Positions 1 to 10,153 of a stretch of 64,000 nt of DNA are shown here, one piece after another; position 1 is the first letter of the stretch, and the number at the start of each line of letters is the position of its first letter. The stretch spans positions 8,286 to 72,285 of the forward strand of contig JAGCSI010000019.1 of assembly GCA_017964255.1 (NCBI GenBank). Direction: 5' to 3'. Below the pieces are notes generated by a model that saw only the letters and a program-made list of their open reading frames with translations, did no database searches and was not told the origin of the DNA. A program made the position numbers and the translations under genes. The stretch is from Bacteroidales bacterium. GTDB taxonomy: Bacteria > Bacteroidota > Bacteroidia > Bacteroidales > WCHB1-69.

Positions 1-1462
1 TGGTGGTAGGATTATAGTATGCGTTCACGGTCTGAGGAGTCATCTGCCATTCAGTCGGGTCAACGGGTTTACCAATCTTCGACATCTGGTACTCGTTCTC
101 AAAGCGACGGGCACGCAGCACATTGGCATAATAGCTGTCATTCTTGATTTCCAACTTGCCATAATCTCTCCATTTGTCAGGATAACCAATTTTCACAATG
201 ATAGCGTCCAGTTTTTCTTTGGCGCGCATCTTGGTGGAATCGCTCATCCAGTTGGCATCCTGAATACGCTCGCCCAAAGAAATCTTCAGGTTGTCAACCA
301 GTTTCAGCATACGCTCTTTGGCGGCAGCAGGGAAGTATTTCTCCACATACAGCTGGCCCACAGCTTCGCCGAGGCAACCGTCAACAGTACCCACCACACG
401 TTTCCAGCGGGGTTTGTTTTCTTCTTTACCAGACAGCACTTTGCCGTAGAAATTAAAGCTGGCATCCACAAAGTCGCTGCTCAGATAAGGAGCTGCGGCG
501 TCAATCACTTGCCAAGCCAAATAAGCCTTGATGGTGTTCAGATCGGTGGTTTTCAGAATCTGGCTCAAAGCGGAAACATAGTCAACTTGACCCACATTCA
601 CGCTTTCCAGACTGCCCAGACCCTGAGCTTCCAGATATTCCTTCACATTGATAGCCGGCAGCATTTTCTGGAGCTGATCGATAGTTCTGATGTTGTGGGT
701 TTTGAAAGGATCACGCATGGTGTTCTTATCCATAAACTTCTCAGCCATAGCGGTTTCGAGTTTCAGCACAGCGGCGGCCATTTCGTTTTCACGACCTTCC
801 ATATTCACGAGCTTGCTGTATCCTGAGAGTTTGAACATTTCGGCCATCATCTCCACGTATTTGTCGCGGGTGTTCTGCTGGTCGGGTTTCAGATAATAAT
901 CGCGGTCACCGATGCCGAGGCCACTCTGCCACAACCAGGCGATATTCATACTGCTATTGTCAGGATCGGCCTCTCCGAAGATACCTAAGAAGGGATTCAA
1001 ACCGTTCATGCTCATGTCTGCCAGCATAGCGGTCAGACCTTTCAGGTCTTTCATGTCAGCGATGGTCTTCAGCTCTTCCTGAATGGGCTCTGCACCCTGT
1101 TGCTCAATGGTCAAGCTGTCCATACCCATATTATAGAGGTCACCAATTTTCTGGGCCACCGTACCCTGCTCGTTCTGCTGGGCTGCGGTTTCGGTAATGA
1201 TTTCCTTCAGCTGCAGTTGATTGTTTTCTCCCAACACGTCGAAGCTGCCGTAACGGGAATATTCGGGTTTCAGCGGATTGTTCTTCATCCAACCGCCGCA
1301 GGCGAACTGATAAAAATCATCGTTCGGTGATGCCGTGGTATCCAAATTAGCCAAGTCAATACCTGAGGTAAGGGTCACCTCTTCACCTTTTTGTTTGGAC
1401 TTGCAGCTGCTAAGAAGACATAAAATGGCGCAAATCATAAGCGGAAAAGCAATTTTTTTCAT
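1..1462 (-). CDS. M13 family metallopeptidase (PepO/neprilysin-like), N-terminal ~487 aa; the 3' end lies beyond the window start
   Basis: Absent from the ORF track because it runs off the window. My minus-strand translation from ATG 1462-1460 gives MKKIAFPLMICAILCLLSSCKSK (lipoprotein signal), then DFYQFACGGWMKNNPL, YVEKYFP, WMSDSTKMRAKEKLDAI and QTVNAYYNPT, typical of Peptidase_M13_N. Confidence 0.8.
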   Translation of the reverse strand, partial: MKKIAFPLMICAILCLLSSCKSKQKGEEVTLTSGIDLANLDTTASPNDDFYQFACGGWMKNNPLKPEYSRYGSFDVLGENNQLQLKEIITETAAQQNEQGTVAQKIGDLYNMGMDSLTIEQQGAEPIQEELKTIADMKDLKGLTAMLADMSMNGLNPFLGIFGEADPDNSSMNIAWLWQSGLGIGDRDYYLKPDQQNTRDKYVEMMAEMFKLSGYSKLVNMEGRENEMAAAVLKLETAMAEKFMDKNTMRDPFKTHNIRTIDQLQKMLPAINVKEYLEAQGLGSLESVNVGQVDYVSALSQILKTTDLNTIKAYLAWQVIDAAAPYLSSDFVDASFNFYGKVLSGKEENKPRWKRVVGTVDGCLGEAVGQLYVEKYFPAAAKERMLKLVDNLKISLGERIQDANWMSDSTKMRAKEKLDAIIVKIGYPDKWRDYGKLEIKNDSYYANVLRARRFENEYQMSKIGKPVDPTEWQMTPQTVNAYYNPTT

Positions 1463-1537
1463 TTGTAAATCTTTATAAATCAATATTTTAGTTATATTAT
1501 TTCCGTAAAATTCAGGAGCGCAAATATACAAAAAATA

Positions 1538-1630
1538 ATTAGCAAATGAGAAAATTAGCAAATTAGTTAATGTGACAATGTGCTAATGTGCTAATGGAAT
1601 TCAAAATTCAAAATTCAGAATTCAAAAATT
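1538..1630. repeat. Short tandem word arrays (ttagcaaa, gtgctaat, aattcaR repeats)
   Basis: Read directly: aattagcaaatgagaaaattagcaaattag, gtgctaatgtgctaatg, gaattcaaaattcaaaattcagaattcaaaa. The aattcaaaattc words recur at at least 8 other sites. Confidence 0.9.
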
Positions 1631-1644
1631 ATATTGCGTTTTTA

Positions 1645-1927
1645 GATTGGTGATCAAAGTGCGTTATCAAATGGTATGCAATGTAAGCGATTAGTCGTGC
1701 TGAAAGCACGCAATCCTATTAACCCCGCATAAGCGTAGCGCAATGTGGGGTATGCGGCAAACTACTCTGATCAAGCGTGCCGTAGGTACGCTACTTTGGA
1801 GAGGATGTAGCGTACTTTCAGCACGCAGACGTGGGTTGTCATCATCCACCCCACACAATAAATTGTGCGGGGTTAATAATATATCGTGCCTTTGGCACGC
1901 CTCCTTGTCTTTCAAATCAAAAAAGTA
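1645..1927. repeat. R1 multi-hairpin repeat, copy 1 (inverted relative to 49019-49303)
   Basis: The reverse complement of 49019-49303 aligns along the whole length by eye. It contains hairpins gtgctgaaagcac, ccccgcat..atgtgggg, ccccacaca..tgtgcgggg and cgtgcctttggcacg. Confidence 0.85.
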
Positions 1928-2005
1928 AATTTGCAAATTTGCTCATTGAACAAACTTTCTGAAAAAAATTTCGCTTCAGGTGCTTTTGTATTGAATTTTT
2001 TTTTA

Positions 2006-2013
2006 TAATTTTG
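2006..2013 (+). promoter_or_regulatory. Candidate Bacteroides-type -7 box (TAATTTTG)
   Basis: Matches TAnnTTTG, 24 nt upstream of ATG 2037. Confidence 0.4.
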
Positions 2014-2036
2014 CATTTTGAAATATTTTAGTGTAA

Positions 2037-2843
2037 ATGGGAAAGAAAATTTTATACGTTACGCCGGAGATTTATCCGTATCTGGAAGAGAATTACATCT
2101 CTCATATCTGCCGCTATCTGCCGCAGGGCATTCAGGAAAGGGAAAACGAAATCCGCACCTTCATGCCTAAATACGGATGTGTTAACGAACGGAAGAATCT
2201 GTTGCACGAGGTCATCCGTTTGTCGGGACAGAACATCATCATCGAAGATACTGACCATCCTTTGATCATCAAAGTGGCCTCTTTGCAGGCGGTGAGAATG
2301 CAGATTTATTTCATCGACAGCGAGGATTTCTTCAAACGCAAAGCCATCTTCCGCGACGAGGAGGGCAAGTTTTTCGATGACAACGACTCGCGCGCCATCT
2401 TTTTCGCCAAAGGCGTGATTGAGACAGTCAGGAAGTTAGGCTGGGCGCCCGATGTCATCCACTGCCACGGCTGGATTACCGCATTGGTCCCCATTTTCAT
2501 CAAAACCTGCTACAAAGATAATCCCTTGTTCCAGGACATGAAGATGGTTTTCTCCGTCTATAACGACCAATTCCCCGAAAAGTTCTCTTCAGATTTCGCC
2601 AAGAAACTGAAACTGACCGGCATTCCCAAAGAATATGCGGCCAAGTTCAGGTCTCCCGGCTATGACACCATCTGCAAAGCGGCTATCGACTTCTCCGACG
2701 GTGTGGTCATCGGCCATCCGAAAGCCAAGAAAACCATCCAGACCTACATGGAGAAATCGGGACTTCCTCTGCTCGTTCACCCCGACAGTGAAGACTATGT
2801 TGAACAATATGACAATTTTTACGACCAACTGTTAGCCCACTAA
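2037..2843 (+). CDS. Glycogen/starch synthase-like glycosyltransferase (short GT5 form common in Bacteroidota)
   Basis: 268 aa. N-terminus KILYVTPEIYPY and DVIHCHGWITALVP resemble the starch synthase catalytic domain. Followed by a DUF4270-like gene, as in Bacteroides. Confidence 0.7.
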   Translation: MGKKILYVTPEIYPYLEENYISHICRYLPQGIQERENEIRTFMPKYGCVNERKNLLHEVIRLSGQNIIIEDTDHPLIIKVASLQAVRMQIYFIDSEDFFKRKAIFRDEEGKFFDDNDSRAIFFAKGVIETVRKLGWAPDVIHCHGWITALVPIFIKTCYKDNPLFQDMKMVFSVYNDQFPEKFSSDFAKKLKLTGIPKEYAAKFRSPGYDTICKAAIDFSDGVVIGHPKAKKTIQTYMEKSGLPLLVHPDSEDYVEQYDNFYDQLLAH

Positions 2844-2857
2844 TCACCGCTTCCACA

Positions 2858-4180
2858 ATGACACATCTAAAAAAAGCCGCATTTCTGCTTGCGCTGATTG
2901 TTTGTCTGCTTTCATGCAAGAAAGAATACAACTCCATAGGTTTGAATATGGCCGATGACCTGTTGGGCACCACCATGGAGACTTTCGATGTCAAAGCATG
3001 GTCTGTTTTGCACGACACAATCAACACCACCAACATGTCCAGTCAGCAACTAGGCGAGTTGCACGACCCTGTTTTCGGCAAAACCACCGCCTCCGTCTAT
3101 GCACAATTCCTGCAGTCAGGTTCCACCCCTTATTTTGGCGAGAATCCGGTCATTGACTCCATCGTGCTCACACTCCAGACAGCGAATTATTACGGTGACA
3201 CCGCCGCTGCGTTGAGATTCGAGGTCTATGAATTGAACGAGGATCTATCCACCACGGACGACAAATATTACAATTACAGCACCACGGGACACAGCTATGA
3301 CAATCTGCTCAATTCTCCCGGCACTGGATACCACATACGGCCTAACACCCCGCTAACGATCAACAGCGAGATTCTGTCCCCTCATTTGCGCATCCGCCTG
3401 AGACCCGACTTCGGACAAAGACTGATAGATGAAAGCCCCGACTGGTACACCGATGAAGACCTGCTGGAGGATTTCAAAGGATTGTACATCACCGTCAGCA
3501 GCAACCACCCGACCGGATGTATTTTCTCTTGCAACATGACCAGCTCTCTATCGGGTCTTACCATATATTACCACAATACGGCTGGTGAAGGTTTCAACTA
3601 CACCTTCCGTCCTTCAGAATCAGGAATCTCCTACAATAATTATAACCATTATGATTATGCCGATGCGAATCAGGACTTGAGACGGCAAATCATCAATCAT
3701 GACACAACCAATATCAGCCGCGTGTATTTGCAGTCCATGGCTGGCGTGCGCGCAAGAATAGGATTCCCCGGCATACGGGAGAGATTCGCCGTCTTTAACA
3801 ACAAAGTGGTCATCAATCGCGCCGAGCTGGTAATCAGCAACTGCAATCCTTCCGAAGCTATCTTTACCTATCCCACAGGATTAAGCATTCAAGCTGTCAT
3901 GAAAGATGGTTCACTTTATTACATTCCCGATGATGACCTGCTCAGCGCCGACGGTTATTTCGGCGGAACTTACGATGCCAGCAAGGGAGAATACCGTATC
4001 AGAATCACCCAGTATCTGCAACAACTGATTTTGAACCAAGGCAATTATGCCGACTATATATACCTTATTGTAAAGGGCTCCGGTATACATGCCACACGCC
4101 TGGAATTCCACAGCAGCACCCCTGACATTGTTTCAGAAGACAAGAAATTGCGTGTGGAAGTGGCGTATTCGACGTACTAA
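2858..4180 (+). CDS. DUF4270-like lipoprotein
   Basis: 440 aa with signal plus lipobox (LLSCKK) and a GELHDPVFGKTTAS segment. Its position after the glycogen-synthase-like gene fits the DUF4270 family as I recall it. Confidence 0.6.
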   Translation: MTHLKKAAFLLALIVCLLSCKKEYNSIGLNMADDLLGTTMETFDVKAWSVLHDTINTTNMSSQQLGELHDPVFGKTTASVYAQFLQSGSTPYFGENPVIDSIVLTLQTANYYGDTAAALRFEVYELNEDLSTTDDKYYNYSTTGHSYDNLLNSPGTGYHIRPNTPLTINSEILSPHLRIRLRPDFGQRLIDESPDWYTDEDLLEDFKGLYITVSSNHPTGCIFSCNMTSSLSGLTIYYHNTAGEGFNYTFRPSESGISYNNYNHYDYADANQDLRRQIINHDTTNISRVYLQSMAGVRARIGFPGIRERFAVFNNKVVINRAELVISNCNPSEAIFTYPTGLSIQAVMKDGSLYYIPDDDLLSADGYFGGTYDASKGEYRIRITQYLQQLILNQGNYADYIYLIVKGSGIHATRLEFHSSTPDIVSEDKKLRVEVAYSTY

Positions 4181-4238
4181 TTGACAATTGATAATTATAT
4201 TGCGGTAGAACCGCAAACATAACATCAGCATATAATAA

Positions 4239-5768
<1,530 letters not shown>

Positions 5769-5785
5769 ATCTCAAAAACAAAGCC

Positions 5786-6022
5786 ATGAAATTAGACATC
5801 ACCACTCCCGACAAACAACTTTTCTCAGGAGAAGCCAGCTTGGTACAGTTGCCAGGACTGGACGGTTTGTTTGAAATTCTGGAAAACCATGCTCCGATGG
5901 TGGCTGCCCTCAAAAAAGGAAAAGTCAAAGTACAACAGAGCGATGGCAGCACCGAGTTCTTTGAGATTAACGGAGGCACCGCCGAAGTGCTTCATAATAA
6001 CATATTAGTATTAGCAGAATAA
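5786..6022 (+). CDS. atpC: F0F1 ATP synthase subunit epsilon
   Basis: 78 aa, immediately downstream of atpD. Short epsilon N-terminal beta-sandwich type sequence (LDITTPDKQLFSGEASLVQLPG). Confidence 0.85.
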   Translation: MKLDITTPDKQLFSGEASLVQLPGLDGLFEILENHAPMVAALKKGKVKVQQSDGSTEFFEINGGTAEVLHNNILVLAE

Positions 6023-6033
6023 ATCCTACATTT

Positions 6034-7914
6034 ATGAAAACAATACGTCTTTCAATCATTGCTTTGATGGCATTCCTGCTGGCGGCTATCACCCCCTTGC
6101 ACGGCCAGAAGCTGAAACCCGACGCCGTTCCGGAAGAAGTCAAACAGACGATGGATTTCGAATACTCCAATGTCAAGATTCTGTACTGGGAATTGAGCGA
6201 CGGTGTTTACATCGCCAACTTCAAAGAGGATAACTCACCTGGCAAATGCTATATCACCAAAGACGGGCAATGGCAAAAGACCGTATATCCTGTGCCTCGC
6301 ACCGAGCTGCCCTCCGCCATCACGGACTATGTGAAACAGAATTTCACCAACTACACCATTGCGGTTTCACAGCTGCAGGAAATGCCCAACGTGCGCATAC
6401 ATTATTATATTGAAGCCAAGCCGGAAGGTGTGGGTTATGAACCCTCTATCCTCACCTTCAATGAGGTAGGTGCCTTGAAAGATCGCCATGACCCCGCCAA
6501 CTTCGACAAAGAGGCCAAGTCGGTGGTGGATCCCAAAGCAGCGAAACCCGCACCCGCTGCCAACAACAATACGAATGCCAATGCTGGCAAGACCACGGCT
6601 TCCAACAACACAGGCAAGACAGCCACCAATACAGGAAAGCCTGCCACAAGCAGCCAGTCGGCTAGCAAGCCTACACAATCCAGCTCAAGCGCAGGGAAAC
6701 CTGCTACCAACACTGGAAAACCAGCCACCAGCAGCACTGCTAGCAACGCTGGCAAAACCACCTCTACCACTGGCAAGCCCGCCAGCAGCCAGTCAGCTGG
6801 TAAACCGGCTCAATCTAGCTCAAGCGCAAGCAAAACCGCTGCCAACACTGGGAAACCGGCCACCAACACCAGCAGTACCGCCAGCACCGCTGGTAAAGCT
6901 ACCTCTACAACAGGAAAGCCCGCCAGCAGCCAATCAGCTAACAAGCCTGCCTCTCCGGCGGCCAACTCCAGCAACAAAAATGCCACTGCCAGCAACAACA
7001 AACCTAAAAAAGAAAAAGAAGAGGAACCTGTGTATGACGAAAGAGGCAACAAGGCCATTGACGTCAACAGTGTGCCTGCTGCAGTAAAGACAACCCTATC
7101 CAAGAAGATTCAACGCCCCGAAGAGTTACACTGGTTCAAGGTGGACACCTTCTATGTGGCCAACTTCATCGCCCGCGAACAGAAAAACGAAGTGTTCATC
7201 GGTCCATCGGGAACTTGGGTAAAGACCTACACAGTCCTCCCCGAAGTATCCGTCAGCGGCAACATGGCCAAACATCTGCAGACCTATTACAAAGGTTACC
7301 GTTTCAAGAACGCCATCAAGGAAACCCGCGCCGACAAAAAAGATGTCGTTATGGTGGAAATCTACGAGAAGGACAACTGGAAGCAGAAGCTGGTCACCAC
7401 CTTCTACTTCGACAAAACCGGCAAACTGCTGCGTACAGTCGACCCGAATTACGAATTGGGAGGACAGACCAAAGAAAGTGCCGAGGACGAATCTCTGGAG
7501 AAGTATTACGAGAAGATGAACATGTCGAACAAATCGGACGACAATAATAATATTCCCAAGGATGTGCTGAACGCATTCAAAGCTAAATATCCCCATGTAA
7601 CTGGTGTGACCTGGGCAGAAACCAGCGACGGCAGCTACAGCGCCAGCTATTACGGTACCCGCGGCAAGGAAATCTGCATCATCAACAGCTACGGCACCAT
7701 CACCGAGACCATGACCTTGGGTAACCCCGACAATCTGTTGAGCAGCATCTCCAGCTACATCAAACAGAACTACAAAAACAACAAAGTTGTTGAATATTAT
7801 GCGGTAAAGAAGATTGTGGACAAGAAGAACTTTTACAAGGTCATCATTGCCGACAAAAAAACCAAGGTGGAGCAAGAGCTATGGTTCACCACCTCGGGCA
7901 AGTTCGTTGAATAA
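6034..7914 (+). CDS. Secreted PepSY-like (DUF2874-type) repeat protein with a long low-complexity linker
   Basis: 626 aa with a signal peptide. Recurrent modules of the form lP..v...l...YPn..i..v.....g.Y.v flank a ~190-aa Ser/Thr/Ala/Lys-Pro linker (TGKPATS, SAGKPAQSSSS repeats). Confidence 0.6.
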   Translation: MKTIRLSIIALMAFLLAAITPLHGQKLKPDAVPEEVKQTMDFEYSNVKILYWELSDGVYIANFKEDNSPGKCYITKDGQWQKTVYPVPRTELPSAITDYVKQNFTNYTIAVSQLQEMPNVRIHYYIEAKPEGVGYEPSILTFNEVGALKDRHDPANFDKEAKSVVDPKAAKPAPAANNNTNANAGKTTASNNTGKTATNTGKPATSSQSASKPTQSSSSAGKPATNTGKPATSSTASNAGKTTSTTGKPASSQSAGKPAQSSSSASKTAANTGKPATNTSSTASTAGKATSTTGKPASSQSANKPASPAANSSNKNATASNNKPKKEKEEEPVYDERGNKAIDVNSVPAAVKTTLSKKIQRPEELHWFKVDTFYVANFIAREQKNEVFIGPSGTWVKTYTVLPEVSVSGNMAKHLQTYYKGYRFKNAIKETRADKKDVVMVEIYEKDNWKQKLVTTFYFDKTGKLLRTVDPNYELGGQTKESAEDESLEKYYEKMNMSNKSDDNNNIPKDVLNAFKAKYPHVTGVTWAETSDGSYSASYYGTRGKEICIINSYGTITETMTLGNPDNLLSSISSYIKQNYKNNKVVEYYAVKKIVDKKNFYKVIIADKKTKVEQELWFTTSGKFVE

Positions 7915-7924
7915 GAAAACAGCT

Positions 7925-7954
7925 GCGGCCATGTCCCCCAAAAGACATGGCCGC
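7925..7954 (+). terminator. Stem-loop after the PepSY-like gene
   Basis: gcggccatgtc / gacatggccgc is an 11-bp perfect stem with loop ccccaaaa. No U-tract follows. Confidence 0.5.
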
Positions 7955-7992
7955 AATTGAATATAGCAGTATCATCAAGCATTTATAACAAA

Positions 7993-8835
7993 ATGAATTA
8001 CATCGAAATTAAAATCCATTTCTCCGCCGCTGAACCGTGGAAGGAGATTTTCAGCTCATTTTTAGCCGATGCCGGCTGCGAAAGTTTCATGGACGGCGAC
8101 ACCGACAATGACCTGCTTTGCTACATTCCCGACAATCTTTATGATGCCGATAACATCAAAAACATACTGGAAAATCACGGTCTGGATGTGGATATCAAAT
8201 ATGAGACCCAAGAAATAGAGCAACAGGATTGGAATGCCGTTTGGGAGTCGAACTATACCCCCGTGCTGGTTGCCGACCGATGCTATATCCGCGCCCCTTT
8301 CCATCCTGCCATGGAAGGTGTGGAATATGAAATTCTGATTGAACCCAAAATGTCGTTTGGCACCGCCCACCATGAGACCACATCGCAGATGATTGAATAC
8401 CTGCTGGAAGAAGACCTGGAAGGCAAGAGTGTGTTGGACATGGGCGCTGGTACTGGCGTGCTGGCCATCCTGGCCTATAAACGTGGTGCTCGCCCCGTGA
8501 CCGCCATCGACAATGACGAATGGGCTTATAACAACAACCTCGAAAACATCGCCCGCAACCACTGCGAGGACATGGAGGTGGTATTAGGTGACGCTTCCGC
8601 CCTGAAAGACAGGAAGTTTGAGTTCATCATCGCCAATATCAACCGCAACATTCTGGTCAACGATATGCCCGCATACGCCGAAGCCCTGTTGCCTGGCGGA
8701 ACTATCTTGTTCAGCGGCTTTTACGAAGACAACGACCTGGAGATCATCAAACAGCGCGCAGCAGAATTTGGCATTGAATACCAGTCGCACAAAGCGAAAA
8801 ACAGATGGTGCGCTATGAAAGCTATCAAGAGATAG
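7993..8835 (+). CDS. prmA: Ribosomal protein L11 methyltransferase
   Basis: MNYIEIKIHF start at ATG 7993; the track ORF begins earlier at TTG 7957. SAM-binding VLDMGAGTGVLAI and ANINRN motifs. Confidence 0.85.
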   Translation: MNYIEIKIHFSAAEPWKEIFSSFLADAGCESFMDGDTDNDLLCYIPDNLYDADNIKNILENHGLDVDIKYETQEIEQQDWNAVWESNYTPVLVADRCYIRAPFHPAMEGVEYEILIEPKMSFGTAHHETTSQMIEYLLEEDLEGKSVLDMGAGTGVLAILAYKRGARPVTAIDNDEWAYNNNLENIARNHCEDMEVVLGDASALKDRKFEFIIANINRNILVNDMPAYAEALLPGGTILFSGFYEDNDLEIIKQRAAEFGIEYQSHKAKNRWCAMKAIKR

Positions 8836-9231
8836 GTTTTAGGGGATAGGGATTAGGGAATAGTGGTTAGAATTCAAAATTCAAAATTCAGAATCACTAC
8901 CCCGGTCTTCGGACACCCGTTGGAGGCTACGCCTCCTTCACCTCCTCGCTCGGCAGAGCTCAAGCAAGCATGACTTTGCACTCGCTCGTTCGTCGAATCT
9001 AGAAGAAGGGGAATTTAGACTCCCCCTGCGTAGCACTCCCCTCGAGTGAAGCGAGACTCCCCTTGAGCACGAAGTGCGAAACTCCCCCAACTAAACACTA
9101 AACCCTAAACTCTAATCTCTGTAACCTGAAACCTGTAACCTGAAACCTGTAACCTGAAACCTGTAACCTTCTCACCTTCTCACCTTCTCACCTTCTCACC
9201 CTCTAACCCCTAATCCCTAACCCCTAAAACC
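8835..9231. repeat. Intergenic mosaic element bounded by ~24-bp terminal inverted repeats
   Basis: Left end ggttttaggggatagggattaggg is nearly the reverse complement of right end cccctaatccctaacccctaaaacc. Inside are aattcaaaattc words, a core shared with 41664-41757, (gtaacctgaaacct)x3 and (ttctcacc)x4 at 9169-9200. Confidence 0.8.
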
Positions 9232-9233
9232 TC

Positions 9234-10133
9234 ATGAACACCCACACCATCTCCTCTCCCGTCAGCCTGTCAGGCCGAGGCCTGCATACCGGAAAAAATG
9301 TAACGGTCACCTTTAATCCCGCCCCTGAACACACGGGCATCCTGTTCCGTCGCGTTGATTTGCCTGGACAGCCCATGGTTCATGCTATTGCCACCAATGT
9401 GTTCGACACCTCGCGAGGCACTTCCATCAAGGAGAACAATGCCGAGGTGCGCACGGTAGAGCATCTGATGGCGGCATTGGCTGGTTTGCAGATTGACAAT
9501 GTCATCGTGGATATCGATGCCGAGGAGACTCCGATTCTGGACGGCAGCGCCCGCTATTATGTGGAGGCCCTGCAAAAAGCTGGCATCGTGGAGCAGCAGC
9601 AGGAAAGAGAATACTTTGTGGTGACGAAACCGTACAGTTTCTCCTTGCCTGAAAAACAGATAGAGATACGAGTGGAACCTTACGATGGCTTCGACATCAA
9701 GGTGGATGTGGATTATGGCACCGCGGTGTTGGCTACCCAAACGGCTGAACTGAACGACATCACCCGTTTTTATCCGGAGATATACAATTGCCGTACCTTT
9801 GTCTTTCTGCATGAATTGCAATTCCTGATTGCCAACAACCTGGTGAAAGGCGGCGATGTGGACAATGCCATTGTTTTTGTGGCCCAGATGCCTGAACAGA
9901 AAGTGCTGGACCAGCTGAGTGCTTTCTTCAACCGTAAGAATCTGAAGGTCACAGAGAACGGTGTGCTGGACAATGTGGAGCTGCATCATTCCAACGAGCC
10001 GGCACGGCATAAGCTCCTCGACCTTGTGGGTGACCTGTACCTGCTGGGTAAACCACTGAAAGGCAAGGTGTATGCCAGCCATCCTGGACATTTCGCCAAC
10101 ACGGAATTGGCCAAGAAAATGTTGTCTGAATAA
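9234..10133 (+). CDS. lpxC: UDP-3-O-acyl-N-acetylglucosamine deacetylase (stand-alone, no FabZ domain)
   Basis: 299 aa with SGRGLHTGK, TSIKENNAEVRTVEHLMAALAGLQIDN, ETPILDGSA and HHSNEPARHKLLDLVGDL. Confidence 0.9.
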   Translation: MNTHTISSPVSLSGRGLHTGKNVTVTFNPAPEHTGILFRRVDLPGQPMVHAIATNVFDTSRGTSIKENNAEVRTVEHLMAALAGLQIDNVIVDIDAEETPILDGSARYYVEALQKAGIVEQQQEREYFVVTKPYSFSLPEKQIEIRVEPYDGFDIKVDVDYGTAVLATQTAELNDITRFYPEIYNCRTFVFLHELQFLIANNLVKGGDVDNAIVFVAQMPEQKVLDQLSAFFNRKNLKVTENGVLDNVELHHSNEPARHKLLDLVGDLYLLGKPLKGKVYASHPGHFANTELAKKMLSE

Positions 10134-10153
10134 CCGCAAAAAAAAGAACACGC

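Noticed and set aside
1691-1936. Track ORFs of 60-80 aa inside the hairpin repeats: 1691-1936, 1743-1928, 14344-14580, 16609-16797, 21334-21757, 44032-44442 and 49012-49340.
   Set aside because: They coincide with repeat copies in both orientations, lack start context and conservation of frame between copies, and have Cys/Arg-rich nonsense composition.
6488-7087. 199-aa Pro-rich ORF, plus several minus-strand ORFs, over the low-complexity linker of the PepSY-like gene.
   Set aside because: These are frame artefacts of the Ser/Thr/Lys-Pro repeat. Only the annotated frame connects the flanking globular domains and the signal peptide.
9121-9231. Regularly spaced short repeats that could be mistaken for a CRISPR array. 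Other word arrays in the window look similar.
   Set aside because: The units are 7-14 bp and directly abutting, with no unique spacers. No cas genes or leader are present.
9201-9231. ccctaa-like strings (ctaacccctaatccctaacccctaa; also 37450-37500 and 41826-41869) that resemble eukaryotic telomere repeats and might suggest contamination.
   Set aside because: They are imperfect, only a few units long, and embedded between intact bacterial genes as part of the recurrent mosaics.
9270-10151. 293-aa ORF antisense to lpxC. Similar long antisense or alternate-frame ORFs occur at 7126-7875, 11627-12277, 12311-12925, 20518-21168, 35185-35877, 49609-50826, 59556-60182 and 47751-48293.
   Set aside because: Each lies entirely within a gene that has strong family motifs on the other strand or frame. 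Their translations are low-complexity or motif-free, so they are shadow ORFs.
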